Source: Nitrospirota bacterium
Lineage (GTDB): Bacteria; Nitrospirota; Thermodesulfovibrionia; Thermodesulfovibrionales; JdFR-86
Length of the DNA: 64,000 nucleotides
Direction: 5' to 3'
NCBI GenBank assembly: GCA_963721805.1
Contig: CAVRJY010000001.1
Coordinates: 224,001-288,000 of the forward strand
Part shown: positions 31,552-40,969 of the stretch, in pieces
How the letters are laid out: every line of letters starts with the position of its first letter
Numbering within the stretch: the first letter of the stretch is position 1
Position numbers and translations under genes: made by a program
Notes under the pieces: generated by a model
Database searches by the model: none
Told to the model about the DNA's origin: nothing
What the model saw: only the letters and a program-made list of their open reading frames with translations

Positions 31552-32803
31552 TCAGTTCCCTGCGCGGATGCTGTCGATCTCCTGCTTGATTAGGGTTTCG
31601 GCGATCTCCGGGACGGTGTCCCAGATGACGTTTTCGACCTCTTTCCTAAGCGGGGCGACGGTGTCTCTTATGGCATCCTGGAGCATGCGTTCGAGCATAT
31701 CGGGCATGAGCTCCCAGAGGATCTTCTCGATCTTTTCATTTATCGCGGGCGCTACGGCCTCGCGGATGATCTCTTTTATGTCCGAGGAGGCGACGATCGC
31801 CTCGATCCGGGCGTCCAGCGCGCGTGTGAGTGCGGCCTCGATATCCATGGAGGCGAGCTTGCCCTCGACGGACGCGCTTACGATGGTATCGGCGTCGAGC
31901 GTGGCGAGCTTAGTCTCTACGGCCGCGCTTACGATGGCATCGGCGTCGAGCGCGGAGAGCTTAGCCTCGACGGCTGCGCTCACGATAGCATCGGCGTCGA
32001 GCGCGGCGAGCTTTGCCTCTACGGCTGCGTTTACGATGGCATCGGCGTCGAGCGCGGAGAGCTTAGCCTCGAGCGCGGAGCGCACGGCAGCCTCGATATC
32101 CGCCTCGGCGACCTGCACGGTAACCGAAGGCGGCGCGACCTCCGAGACCTCGGCGGCCTCTATGGCCTCGGCCAGCTCAACCAGCCTCGGCCGGCTCCTC
32201 GATCTCGGCGGTTAACAGCTCCTCGGATGTCGGCGCGGTGGCCGCGGCCTCGACCGGCTCCGCCACGTAAGGGAATATGAAATCGAAGCGCTCCTCGGCC
32301 TCCGCCTCGGCCTCAGGCTCAGCGGCCTCGGCCGGTTTCTCGGCCTCGGCCATGATGTCCGAGAAGTCGAGGAGTTCCTCTGTGTCTAACAGTATGGGTT
32401 TTGCGGGCTGAGGCGCGGCGCGCTTAAGCAGCGCCTCGATCTTCGAGGCGAGTTCCGCGGCCTCGAAGGGTTTAATTATGTGGCCGTCCGCGCCGGACTT
32501 GTCCGCAAGCTGCAGGTCGAGGGGCTCGAAGGCCCCGGCGAGCAGGATCACCGGGAGGGACTTCGTTGCCGGGTGCTGGCGGATGTGCTCGGTGAGCTGA
32601 TACCCGCTCATGCCAGGCATATGGACGTCCGCGAGCACGATGTCGGGGCCGAATCCCTCCATGGCGAGCAGGGCGTCCTCGCCGGTGTTGACCGACCTGA
32701 CCTCATACCCCTTCTCGCTAAGGACGATGTCCACGATCTTCTGGATCGTGACGCTGTCGTCCGCAAGCAGGACCTTTCCAGCCGTAGCCATCTGCTCAGT
32801 CAC
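31552..32803 (-). CDS. romR: RomR-like response regulator (receiver, acidic linker, 17-aa repeats, RomR-type C-terminal helix); apparent frameshift near 32185
   Basis: LLADDSVTIQK...ADVHMPGMSGY...VILLAGAFE...HIIKPFE receiver and C-terminal VIWDTVPEIAETLIKQEI; lies next to valS; deleting one G joins the two ORFs. Confidence 0.75.
31855..32075. repeat. 51-bp coding tandem repeat, about 4.3 copies (AAVEAKLxALDADAIVS)
   Basis: Directly visible periodicity in both DNA and protein. Confidence 0.9.
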
Positions 32804-32953
32804 CCGTGCCTTTCGTAAAGAAGGCGGAGAGGCGGCGTCCGCACTCTCCGCTGATTTTCACCTGTCTAGATTGTATTGATTGATGCAAATGGATGTCAAG
32901 GATTTTTTGTCCGGGCCGAGTCACGCTCAGCAGCCGCAGCCGCGCGAGACGCC

Positions 32954-33160
32954 TCAGCCGCCACCGCCGCCGCTGCCAAACCCGCCGCCATGGCCGCTGC
33001 CGCCTCCGCTGCCGCTGTCCGAGCAGCAAAACGCGCTGATAAGCTTGCGGACGTTCTTGGAGCCGCAAACGGTGCACGCGGTCTCGGCCGGAGCGCTGCT
33101 GAGCCTCAGGACCGAGAAGGTCTTATTGCAGTCGTCGCAGACGTATTCGTATATCGGCAT
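32954..33160 (-). CDS. FmdB-family zinc-ribbon protein (possibly extended to 32927 by Sec readthrough)
   Basis: MPIYEYVCDDC...CTVCGS...KLISAF signature. Confidence 0.88.
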   Translation of the reverse strand: MPIYEYVCDDCNKTFSVLRLSSAPAETACTVCGSKNVRKLISAFCCSDSGSGGGSGHGGGFGSGGGGG

Positions 33161-33231
33161 AGGCGCACCTCCGTGTCATAGGGTTGTCCTATATTGTGCG
33201 CACACCGGGGCATGGCTGTCAAACCGACGAG

Positions 33232-34548
33232 TTATTTGTCACGCGACGTAAGTTTTTCCCTCAGATTCTCCACGGGATAAAACAGCATCTTATTGCCCGA
33301 CTTGCGCATCACAAGCAGGCCCAAGGCCTGAAGACCGAGCAGGTCGTTTCGGCCGGACTGGTAGACAACTCCGTGCACGCGAGAATGCGTCGTGAAGTCA
33401 TAGACTTCATTGGGATTATCAATGGCGCTCGCAAGCAAGGCCCTTTGGCGTGTGTTCAGCGTGGGGTAGCGGCTCAAGAACACTGACGCTTCGCGCTTTT
33501 CGCGCTCCTTGCGGTCGATGTATTCGTTCATGTCATTGACAGCTTCGCGTATAGCGCCGAGGTTGAAGTGCACAAAATAGGTCATGTCATTGTCGTCAGC
33601 TTCGGAGTAGAGGAGCGATTTATAATATTGAATGCGCTTGCGTTTGATGGCGTCAGAGATGGCCAGATACTTAAAAAGCCAGTACCGCTGCCTGAGCATA
33701 TACCAATAAAACAGCGCCCGCGCAACGCGGCCATTCCCGTCCATATACGGGTGAATCCACACGAGCCAGAAATGCAGTATGATCCCCTTAATTGCTGGGT
33801 GAACGAACCCTCCGGAGTTGCTGTCATCATTGGCGAAATTACATAGTCTCCGCATTGCGTCCGGCACCGCATCGGGCCGAGGCGGGGTATATAATACGAC
33901 GTGGTCCTCTATGTCATGGACCTCATTTTGCTCTGTCCTCAGGCGGCCCTCCCACGAGGGGTCATCGAGTGTCCCACGAGATATCTCGGCATGGAGCTGG
34001 TTTATGAGTTCAATGCTCAGTGACTCTCCCTTCATTCTCGTGATCAATTCGATGGTCTTGTAATTGTTGAAGATCATGCGCTCGCCATAGTCCTTTGGAT
34101 CTCGGCCCGAGCGCAGCATTTCCTTTGCTGCCGTGCGCGTAGTCACTGCACCCTCGATCTGGCTTGAGGCTATTGCCTCCTCTGCAAGCGAGCGGATCAT
34201 ATATCTCTCTCGCTCAGCACGAAGGGATTCCGCGTCCTCTGTGAGTACAATCCCTCCAGCATTGCGGTCGATGAGGTGGAGGTTTTCTGCCATAGCTGGA
34301 GTGACTATATAACTGAACGATACGTCACCTGAGAAACTAATATGTTGCCTGTTGGGTGCTCGGTCGATTTTAAGTCTTGCCCAAGATTCCTCGGGTGAAA
34401 ACCCTTCTGGTATCGGTTTATATTTAAAATCGTCCCAGTACAAATAATCGCTGTTTGCCCTAGCTATCAGAGAGTCCAGAGCAGGGGTATCCAATATCTT
34501 CCCCGATACATATTCTGTCCATCTCGGCGGCCGCTCTGGAAGTTTCAT
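33232..34548 (-). CDS. Fic-domain protein (class II) with C-terminal winged-HTH-like region
   Basis: HPYMDGNGRVAR catalytic motif and SSQIEG inhibitory motif; visibly AT-richer than the flanks. Confidence 0.92.
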   Translation of the reverse strand: MKLPERPPRWTEYVSGKILDTPALDSLIARANSDYLYWDDFKYKPIPEGFSPEESWARLKIDRAPNRQHISFSGDVSFSYIVTPAMAENLHLIDRNAGGIVLTEDAESLRAERERYMIRSLAEEAIASSQIEGAVTTRTAAKEMLRSGRDPKDYGERMIFNNYKTIELITRMKGESLSIELINQLHAEISRGTLDDPSWEGRLRTEQNEVHDIEDHVVLYTPPRPDAVPDAMRRLCNFANDDSNSGGFVHPAIKGIILHFWLVWIHPYMDGNGRVARALFYWYMLRQRYWLFKYLAISDAIKRKRIQYYKSLLYSEADDNDMTYFVHFNLGAIREAVNDMNEYIDRKEREKREASVFLSRYPTLNTRQRALLASAIDNPNEVYDFTTHSRVHGVVYQSGRNDLLGLQALGLLVMRKSGNKMLFYPVENLREKLTSRDK

Positions 34549-34624
34549 ACTCCCTCCTGACTATAAAAACTAATTTAATTGGTTTTAGTATTACATGAAG
34601 GCGATGCCAAGGTCAAGGGAGAAA

Positions 34625-34734
34625 TACTAATTTAGTAGATTTTAGTAATAAGTTAGTAGTTCCTTAAAAAACAAGTAGTTGTGGAAGTTAGAACCTCAAT
34701 TACTAATTTTCTACTAAAATCTACTAAATTAGTA
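34625..34734. repeat. AT-rich inverted repeat with perfect 23-bp arms
   Basis: tactaatttagtagattttagta (34625-34647) is the reverse complement of tactaaaatctactaaattagta (34712-34734). Confidence 0.9.
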
Positions 34735-34770
34735 ATTGGTAATCCTGCCCCCGTGCTGTTAATATTATCG

Positions 34771-35208
34771 ATGGACGAGGAGCGAAACCACAAGCTGCCG
34801 CTGACGCCCGAGGCCGAGCGCGCCGAGCGGATCAGGGAGGTGCTTGACAGGCTGATCGAGCTCAATGAGTTCGTCCCGGTCATAGTCGAGGGCAAGAACG
34901 ACGCCTCCGCGCTGCGCTCACTCGGGCTTCAGGGCGAAATCATCACGCTAAACAGGGGCCGGTCGCTGTACGAATTTTCCGAGGAGATTGCCGGTCGCTA
35001 CACTGAGGTCATGCTGCTTACGGACTGGGATCCCGCGGGCGACGCCCTGCGCGAGAGGCTGGGGACCGAGCTTCGGGGGATGTGGGAGGGCTTCGAGCCG
35101 ATCCGCGAGGCCCTGCGCGCGCTCTGTCAGAAGGACATTGGCGCGGTCGAAGAGATACCAGTGCTCTTAAGGAGGCTCGATGATGCTGCGGCTGATCCTT
35201 GGCGATAG
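34771..35208 (+). CDS. Stand-alone Toprim-domain protein
   Basis: VIVEGKND and LLTDWDPAG motifs. Confidence 0.8.
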   Translation: MDEERNHKLPLTPEAERAERIREVLDRLIELNEFVPVIVEGKNDASALRSLGLQGEIITLNRGRSLYEFSEEIAGRYTEVMLLTDWDPAGDALRERLGTELRGMWEGFEPIREALRALCQKDIGAVEEIPVLLRRLDDAAADPWR

Positions 35209-35542
35209 GGGCGAGCGCATCGCCGCGCGCCACCTAAGATCGCTCGGCTACCGGATCATCAGGCGCAACTATCGCTGCCCGATGGGCGAGATAGACCTGA
35301 TCGCCCTTGACGGCGATACGGTTGTGTTCGTAGAGGTCAAGACGCGCTCGGGGCGGGGCTTCGGGGAGCCGGAGGAGGCGGTGGGACCGCGTAAGCAGCG
35401 GAAGCTCCGCGATGTCGCGGTCAGCTACATCAAATCCACCCGCGGCCCGATGCCGGCGGTGAGGTTTGACGTCGTGAGCATCGTTACCAGAGGGTGGTGG
35501 CGCAGCGAGGTGCAGCACATAAAGGATGCCTTCGAGGTCTAA
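35180..35542 (+). CDS. yraN: YraN/UPF0102 family putative endonuclease
   Basis: GERIAARHL, GEIDLIA, VFVEVKTR, RFDVV. Confidence 0.93.
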   Translation: MMLRLILGDRGERIAARHLRSLGYRIIRRNYRCPMGEIDLIALDGDTVVFVEVKTRSGRGFGEPEEAVGPRKQRKLRDVAVSYIKSTRGPMPAVRFDVVSIVTRGWWRSEVQHIKDAFEV

Positions 35543-35595
35543 TGCAAGCCGTTGACCTTGAGGCGCGGAGGCAGCGGCTGTGCCGCGCACTTCGC

Positions 35596-35717
35596 AAAGT
35601 GCGATAAATCGCGTCAGACTAGGAGCGGAGAGGAAAACGTCCGACGGTGTACTGTGACGTACTCCGAGGACGGATTTCCGAGCCGTGACAACGTATCACG
35701 CGACTTTAGCGCGCTTT
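35596..35717. repeat. ~123-bp palindromic interspersed element, copy 2
   Basis: Matches 27871-27994 in the same orientation; abuts the stop codon of the convergent metallophosphoesterase. Confidence 0.85.
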
Positions 35718-36871
35718 CATTTTCGTACTATATCTATGACCGTGACCTCCGGCGGCGAGAGGATGCGCACCGACGGCCCCCATGTCCCGGTGCCCCGGCT
35801 CACGTACAGCAGCGAGCCCTGGCCGAGGTCATACAGCCCCGCGATGTACTTAAATACCATCCGCACCGGGATGTAAAAAGGGTAGATCTGCCCGCCGTGC
35901 GTATGGCCCGAGAGCTGCAGGTCGAACGTCCCGACGTTCGCCTGATCCACGATCGGCACGTGCTTTAGGACGAGCCTGAACGCATCGGGCGGGGCGGTCC
36001 TGATAAGCCCGGCCTCCGAAAATGGCGTCTTTCTGATCTCCGGCCTCGGCATCGCGTCCCATCCGGCGCGCCTGTAGTCGATCCCGATCACCGAAAGCCC
36101 GGTCCCGGGTATGTTGGCAACCTCGTCTCTGAGCATCCGAAACCCCGCGCCCTCCGTGAACTCTATCGCGTTTTCGATCCCCGCGTACATCTCGTGGTTG
36201 CCGGTGATCGCGAACTTCGCGTAGCGCGCCGTGACCGAGGCCAGCGGGGCCATGTCCGCCGAGATATTGTTCTTGCCGCCGTCGATGAGGTCCCCCGTCG
36301 ATATGAAGACGTCAGGCGAGGCCTCGCGCACGATAGAGAGTATCTTCGCTAGCTTCCCCTGTCCGATCATCAGCCCCAGGTGCACGTCCGAGATCTGCAC
36401 GACGCGCATTCGAGGCACGGTGAGCTTCGCGGTATGGACCTCGATATGCTTGGGCTGGATGTCCCAGGCCGCATAAAACCCGTAAACGTTTAATATGGCG
36501 GCCGAGACCGCAGGGATCAGAAACGCGGCGCGCGCCGGGAGCGTCCAGTGCCATGCTGCTGGCAGCAGGGAGAGCGCCTTCGCCCCATGCACCGCGAGCC
36601 TGTAGCCGTCAAAGAGGACCGCGATGCTGAAAAATACGAGTATCAGGCCCATCCAGGTGTAGCTTAAATACGCGGTCACGCTCGCGGCCCCGTCGTGCCC
36701 CCGGCCCTCAAACGTGTGGACCAGCATCGGCGAGGCGACCATCAGCGTGCACCAGGCCCCGATGAGCGAGGCCGAGACCAGGCCGGGCGAGTATGCCTCT
36801 CGCAGCTTCATCACGAACGCAAGGTTCATGCCCCCGTAAAGGAGCATGTACATAGTGAAGAAACTTATCAT
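35717..36871 (-). CDS. Membrane-anchored metallophosphoesterase (YkuE-like)
   Basis: N-terminal TMs, SDVHLG, TGDLID, GNHE, SGHTHGGQ, VSRGTG. Confidence 0.9.
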   Translation of the reverse strand: MISFFTMYMLLYGGMNLAFVMKLREAYSPGLVSASLIGAWCTLMVASPMLVHTFEGRGHDGAASVTAYLSYTWMGLILVFFSIAVLFDGYRLAVHGAKALSLLPAAWHWTLPARAAFLIPAVSAAILNVYGFYAAWDIQPKHIEVHTAKLTVPRMRVVQISDVHLGLMIGQGKLAKILSIVREASPDVFISTGDLIDGGKNNISADMAPLASVTARYAKFAITGNHEMYAGIENAIEFTEGAGFRMLRDEVANIPGTGLSVIGIDYRRAGWDAMPRPEIRKTPFSEAGLIRTAPPDAFRLVLKHVPIVDQANVGTFDLQLSGHTHGGQIYPFYIPVRMVFKYIAGLYDLGQGSLLYVSRGTGTWGPSVRILSPPEVTVIDIVRK

Positions 36872-37194
36872 CTGCCCCCGCTCCCCTGCGCTATCCAGGC
36901 CAGGTACTCCGCCGAGCCCTCCGCTATCGGAAGCGCGATGACCTCCGGCACGCTGTATGGGTGCAGGGCCTTCACCCGGCCTTCCACCTGAACATACATC
37001 TCCTGGCGGGTCTTGATAAGCATCAGGACCTCGCGCTCGTCCTCGACCCTGCCCTGCCAGCGGTAGATCGAGCGCAGGGCCGGCACGATGTTTACGCATG
37101 CGGCGAGGGACTCCCCGACCAGCGCTTGCGCTATCGCGGCGGCCACGGCCTCGTCCGGCGCGGTCACGAGCACGACTATGAATTCCGCACTCAC
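36868..37194 (-). CDS. cutA: Divalent-cation tolerance protein CutA
   Basis: LAACVNIVP, SIYRWQG, HPYSVPEVIA. Confidence 0.95.
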   Translation of the reverse strand: MSAEFIVVLVTAPDEAVAAAIAQALVGESLAACVNIVPALRSIYRWQGRVEDEREVLMLIKTRQEMYVQVEGRVKALHPYSVPEVIALPIAEGSAEYLAWIAQGSGGR

Positions 37195-38316
37195 GTGAGC
37201 GTTCCCTTTTTAAGCAGGATGCTCTTGTCCCCCGATGGGCCCGTGACCGTGACCGTCGGCTGGAAGAAGACGAAATCCTGATGAAACGGGGTGCGCACGT
37301 GGCCCCCGAAGGAGTGGTTGTCGCCGAGGGCTATGTGGACCGTACCGAGTATCTTCTCGGACTCAAGGATGTTGTCAGGCCTTGTCGCGCGGTCGTTCGT
37401 CCCGATGCCGAGCTCGGCTATGTTGCGGTTTAGGGGCGTGGTCTCGAGCCGCCCGGCGAGTTCCGCGACAAAGGGCTCGTCGCCGTCTATGCGCTCGACC
37501 GAGCCGTCTTTAATCGTGAGAGTCACCGGCGAGGCGAGCTTGCGCGTGGGGGCCCAAAGCAGCACCATGCGTCCGTTCGCGGTGCCCTCGACGGGTGCTA
37601 GAAATACCTCTCCGGCCGGGAGGTTCCCGAAGGCCCCGGCACGTCTCAGGTTCCCGGCGTCCTCGAGCACGCGCCTGCCTTTGATCGAAAACGATATGTC
37701 AGTGCCCTGCGGAGTCGTGATGCGCACCGAGCAGGCCGCCGCGCACACGCCTTGCGATCTCCCTTGTGCGCGACTCGAGGCCGCGCCAGTCGACGGCCAT
37801 AGCGCCTTCAAACATCATGGGGTCAAACAGCGGCATGCTCGCGAAGCGCGTGCCGCAAAGCCCGCAGAGCATCGAGCGGAACGAGGTGTGGCTGGTCGAG
37901 TAGTTCGAGAGCGCGACGACTGCGGCCACGGCGTGGTGGCGGTGGTGCCGGATTATGCCCTCGGCCTCGGCCATGCGCCCGGGCATGAGCCTCTTGGCGA
38001 TGAGCGGCTTGAGCAGCCCTGCCTCGTCGAGCGCGGCTACGGTCAGCGGGCCGAACGCGGCCTCCCAGAGCTTTCTGGGGGGCTCCTTGCCGTGGGTGCC
38101 CGTTGCGGGGTACTCGACGTACGAGACCTCGCGGGCTATCGTGCGCCCGGCCTCGGCCGCAAGCCGCGCTATGTCGCGCAGCCGCTCGCGCCTTGGCATC
38201 TCTGCCGGCGGCACGGTCTCGCGCGCCGAGGGCTTATCCACGAACACGAGCACGCGCTCTGTGGACTTGACTCCCAGATTAACCTTGAATATCGACCAGA
38301 GCGCCCCTGCAAGCAT
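37191..38316 (-). CDS. M29-like (thermophilic metallo-) aminopeptidase; apparent frameshift near 37760
   Basis: HGKEPP, STSHT, GNLPAGEVFLAP, AELGIGTN, EKILGTVHIALG; own GGAGG RBS before ATG 38316. Confidence 0.8.
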
Positions 38317-38388
38317 GATCGATCCTCCCGGGGCCGGTGCCCAATTACCTTGGTGCTTCGCCCCCGAGGCCGCCCGCACGGGCGTCGG

Positions 38389-38427
38389 GGGGACGGAGTC
38401 CCCGCTGGAAGGGGGGACCGTGCCCCT
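38389..38427. repeat. REP-like GC hairpins
   Basis: ggggac-gga-gtcccc (related to 45237-45253), followed by tggaagggg...gcccct as at 9816-9835. Confidence 0.55.
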
Positions 38428-38439
38428 AATTATACTCCC

Positions 38440-39432
38440 TGTCTCAGCCACTTTCATCGGGGTGAGGAAGATCATCAGTTCGCTCTGGGCCACGTCGTCC
38501 GCCCTGTGCTTGAAAAGCCAGCCCAGGACGGGTATGCGCCCGAGCAGGGGGACGCGGTCCTCGGCGTTGGAGTTGCTCTTCGTATAGATGCCGCCAATGA
38601 CCACGGTCTCGCCGTCGCGGACCATAAGGCGGGTGCTGGCGCTGCGGGTGGTCTTCGGGGGGAAGCCGTCTACCGTGCGCGTGTAGTCGAACTCCTCGCG
38701 CCGGGTGTTGATGTCCAGCGCTATGCGGCCTCCCTCGACCAGCCTGGGCGTGACGCCGAGCTCTATCATCGCCGAGAAGTACTGCGCCCCGGCGCCTTGC
38801 GCGCCGTTGTGCCCGTTGAGGATCACGGTGCCGCTGGTCGTCGGGAGCACGAGCTCGGTGCCGCTTGAGATCACGGCCGGCTCGTTCTCGAGCACGACGA
38901 TATGGGGGCTCGACAGCACGTGGGCCGCGTCCGTGCTCTCGAGCGCCTGCAGCTGCAAGTCCAGGGAGAGCTTGTTCGTTATCACCCCGAAGGTGAACGC
39001 GCCGCCCGAATTGGTCAGCGCGGGCAGCGTGACCGCGCCGCCTTCCCTGACCGCGCCGTAGGAGCCGAGCACGTTGCCGGATACGTCGGTATTAAGCGCG
39101 CTCCACTTCACGCCGAGTTCCCTCGAGCGGCCGGTATTGACCTCGACGATGCGGGCCTCGATCGAGACCTGCGCGGGCATCACGTCTATGCGCTCGAGCA
39201 TCTGCCCCACACGGCGGACGCCGTCCTCGTCGTCTCGGACCACGATGAGGTTCAGGGCCTTGATCAGGTCGGCCTTGCCGCCGGGGCCGAGCAGGTCGCG
39301 GACGGTCATGATGAGTTCGTCCGTGGGCCTGAGGTAGCGGAGCCTGAACTCCCTGACCACGGCCTCGGACGCAAACGACGCGGAGCACAGCGCCAGCACG
39401 ACGCAAGACGCGATAAGGACCCTCAGACGCAC
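38440..39432 (-). CDS. Minimal PilQ/GspD-family secretin (signal peptide, one N domain, secretin core); 3' end uncertain
   Basis: QVSIEARIVEV, LSSPHIVVLENEPA, GETVVIGGIY, VPLLGRIPVLGWLFK, ELMIFLTP. No in-frame stop before the aminopeptidase in this assembly. Confidence 0.85.
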
Positions 39433-39635
39433 CGTTGTTCCCTCCCCCGGATGTGTATATGCCGATGCCTTGCCACAAGATGCAGCCCCGGCGTGCAATT
39501 ATCCGATGCCTGCCCAATGGATAGCAACCAATCGGATGGGGTGCCGGGTAAAATAATATATAACCAAAGTGGCAGGGGATGCAACTGGCTGGCGGTTTCA
39601 GGGGCTGGGTGCGGACTGAAAAAAAGTATTTTCGG

Positions 39636-40259
39636 CTATTCGCCCTCCCGGGCGAGTTTCCCTACGGTGGTGTCCTGAAAGGCCCCGCCGCGGTATATGC
39701 GGACCGGGGTCTCGTCGGGCCGGGCCCGCCCGAGCGCATCCGCCCCGGCCTTGAGCGCGCGGAGGGCCATCACTGATAGCGCCCGCACGAGCGGCGAGGG
39801 GTCGGCGAGGTATTCCTCGGCAACCGGGGCGAACTCCGCTACCAGGTCCGGCCTCACCGAGCCGATGCGGTAGAGGCTCCACAGCGCGCCCGTCCGCAGC
39901 ACCGGCTCGTCGTGAAACGATACGACTATCGGCGCGATGTCCTTAAGCGGCCCGGGGTTGCGGCTGACGATCTCGCCTATGATCTGCCCGGCGGTCCATG
40001 CGTTTGAGCCCGACTCCTCGCGCATCATCCACAGCAGGCGCTGGATGAGCGCCCGCGCGCGCTCCGGGCCGAGCCCGGCCGAGATCAGCCCCAGGGCCTC
40101 GATCGCGCGCCAGCTCCTGACGTCCGTGAGGTCGTAGGTGAGCCCTATCAGCGTCCGCACGACCGCGTGGCGCTTCACCCCGAGGGCGGCGAGGGCCGCC
40201 AGCTCGTTGCGCTCCAGGAGGCCGGTCAGCTCGGCGCGTAATGTGTCTCCGGTGGACAT
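39636..40259 (-). CDS. HEAT-repeat protein (DVU0298-like)
   Basis: WRAIEALG and RLLWMMREESG motifs; helical repeats. Confidence 0.7.
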   Translation of the reverse strand: MSTGDTLRAELTGLLERNELAALAALGVKRHAVVRTLIGLTYDLTDVRSWRAIEALGLISAGLGPERARALIQRLLWMMREESGSNAWTAGQIIGEIVSRNPGPLKDIAPIVVSFHDEPVLRTGALWSLYRIGSVRPDLVAEFAPVAEEYLADPSPLVRALSVMALRALKAGADALGRARPDETPVRIYRGGAFQDTTVGKLAREGE

Positions 40260-40363
40260 TCTGGATTATAGCAATTGCTGCGTCGCCAAATCGATTTGCA
40301 TTCCCCTTACAGGTCCCGGCCCCGGCCCGGCGAGCAGCCCGCCCGGTTGTGGCCTGCCGTCGC

Positions 40364-40422
40364 TTGACAAAAATCGCGATTGTTATATATTATATATTTA
40401 CAATTATAAAAATTGTAAATAT
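40364..40422 (+). promoter_or_regulatory. Sigma70-type promoter followed by a 12-bp palindromic operator
   Basis: TTGACA (40364), TATATT/TATTAT about 17 bp later, then atatttacaatt-N5-aattgtaaatat, upstream of the XRE gene. Confidence 0.65.
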
Positions 40423-40536
40423 TGTTTTTAATGCGTACCGCTGGTTGCGGGAGTTCAAATCCAACAACCTGAGGCTTGTAGACACGGGGTTGTGGTTTCA
40501 TTAATCTAATAGAAAGTTAAACGGAAAGGTGGAAGA

Positions 40537-40902
40537 ATGGAAAAGGATCTTGGATCTCTCATCAGGCAGATGAGGAAGTCGGCCGGCATGTCTCAGATGA
40601 AGCTCGCCGACAAGCTCGGGGTTTCCTACCAGCAGGTTCAGAAGTACGAGAAGGGCGCAAGCAAGCTCAGCGTGCCGAGGCTGCTTCAGATAGCCGACAT
40701 CTTCAGCGTGCCGGTCACGGCCTTCATCGAGCAGAACAGGACCGCGAAGGCCGCTCAGGCAAGCGCCGCTTACTCCAACCTCAGCGACGACGAGATCAAG
40801 CTCATCATGTACTACCGCAGGCTCAAGCGCAAGAAGCTCAAAGAGAGCTTCATGGGCATGCTGAAGGACATCGTGAAGCTCTCCGAGGGCAACGGAGCTT
40901 AG
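40537..40902 (+). CDS. XRE-family HTH transcriptional regulator
   Basis: MSQMKLADKLGVSYQQVQKYEKG. Confidence 0.92.
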   Translation: MEKDLGSLIRQMRKSAGMSQMKLADKLGVSYQQVQKYEKGASKLSVPRLLQIADIFSVPVTAFIEQNRTAKAAQASAAYSNLSDDEIKLIMYYRRLKRKKLKESFMGMLKDIVKLSEGNGA

Positions 40903-40969
40903 GAAAAAGCCCGCATGGCCGCCTTGGGGGAGGCGGTCCCGCGGTGGAACAAGGCAGCTGCATATCGCA

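Noticed and set aside
31855..32075. Periodic repeat considered as a CRISPR array
   Set aside because: Contiguous in-frame 51-bp coding repeats without unique spacers; no cas genes.
39485..39512. Possible sigma54 promoter upstream of the secretin
   Set aside because: GG to GC spacing is 14 rather than the required 12.
40440..40470. GTTCAAATCC T-loop-like sequence suggesting a tRNA or att-site fragment
   Set aside because: No proper 5-bp T-stem, cloverleaf or CCA end, and no integrase nearby.
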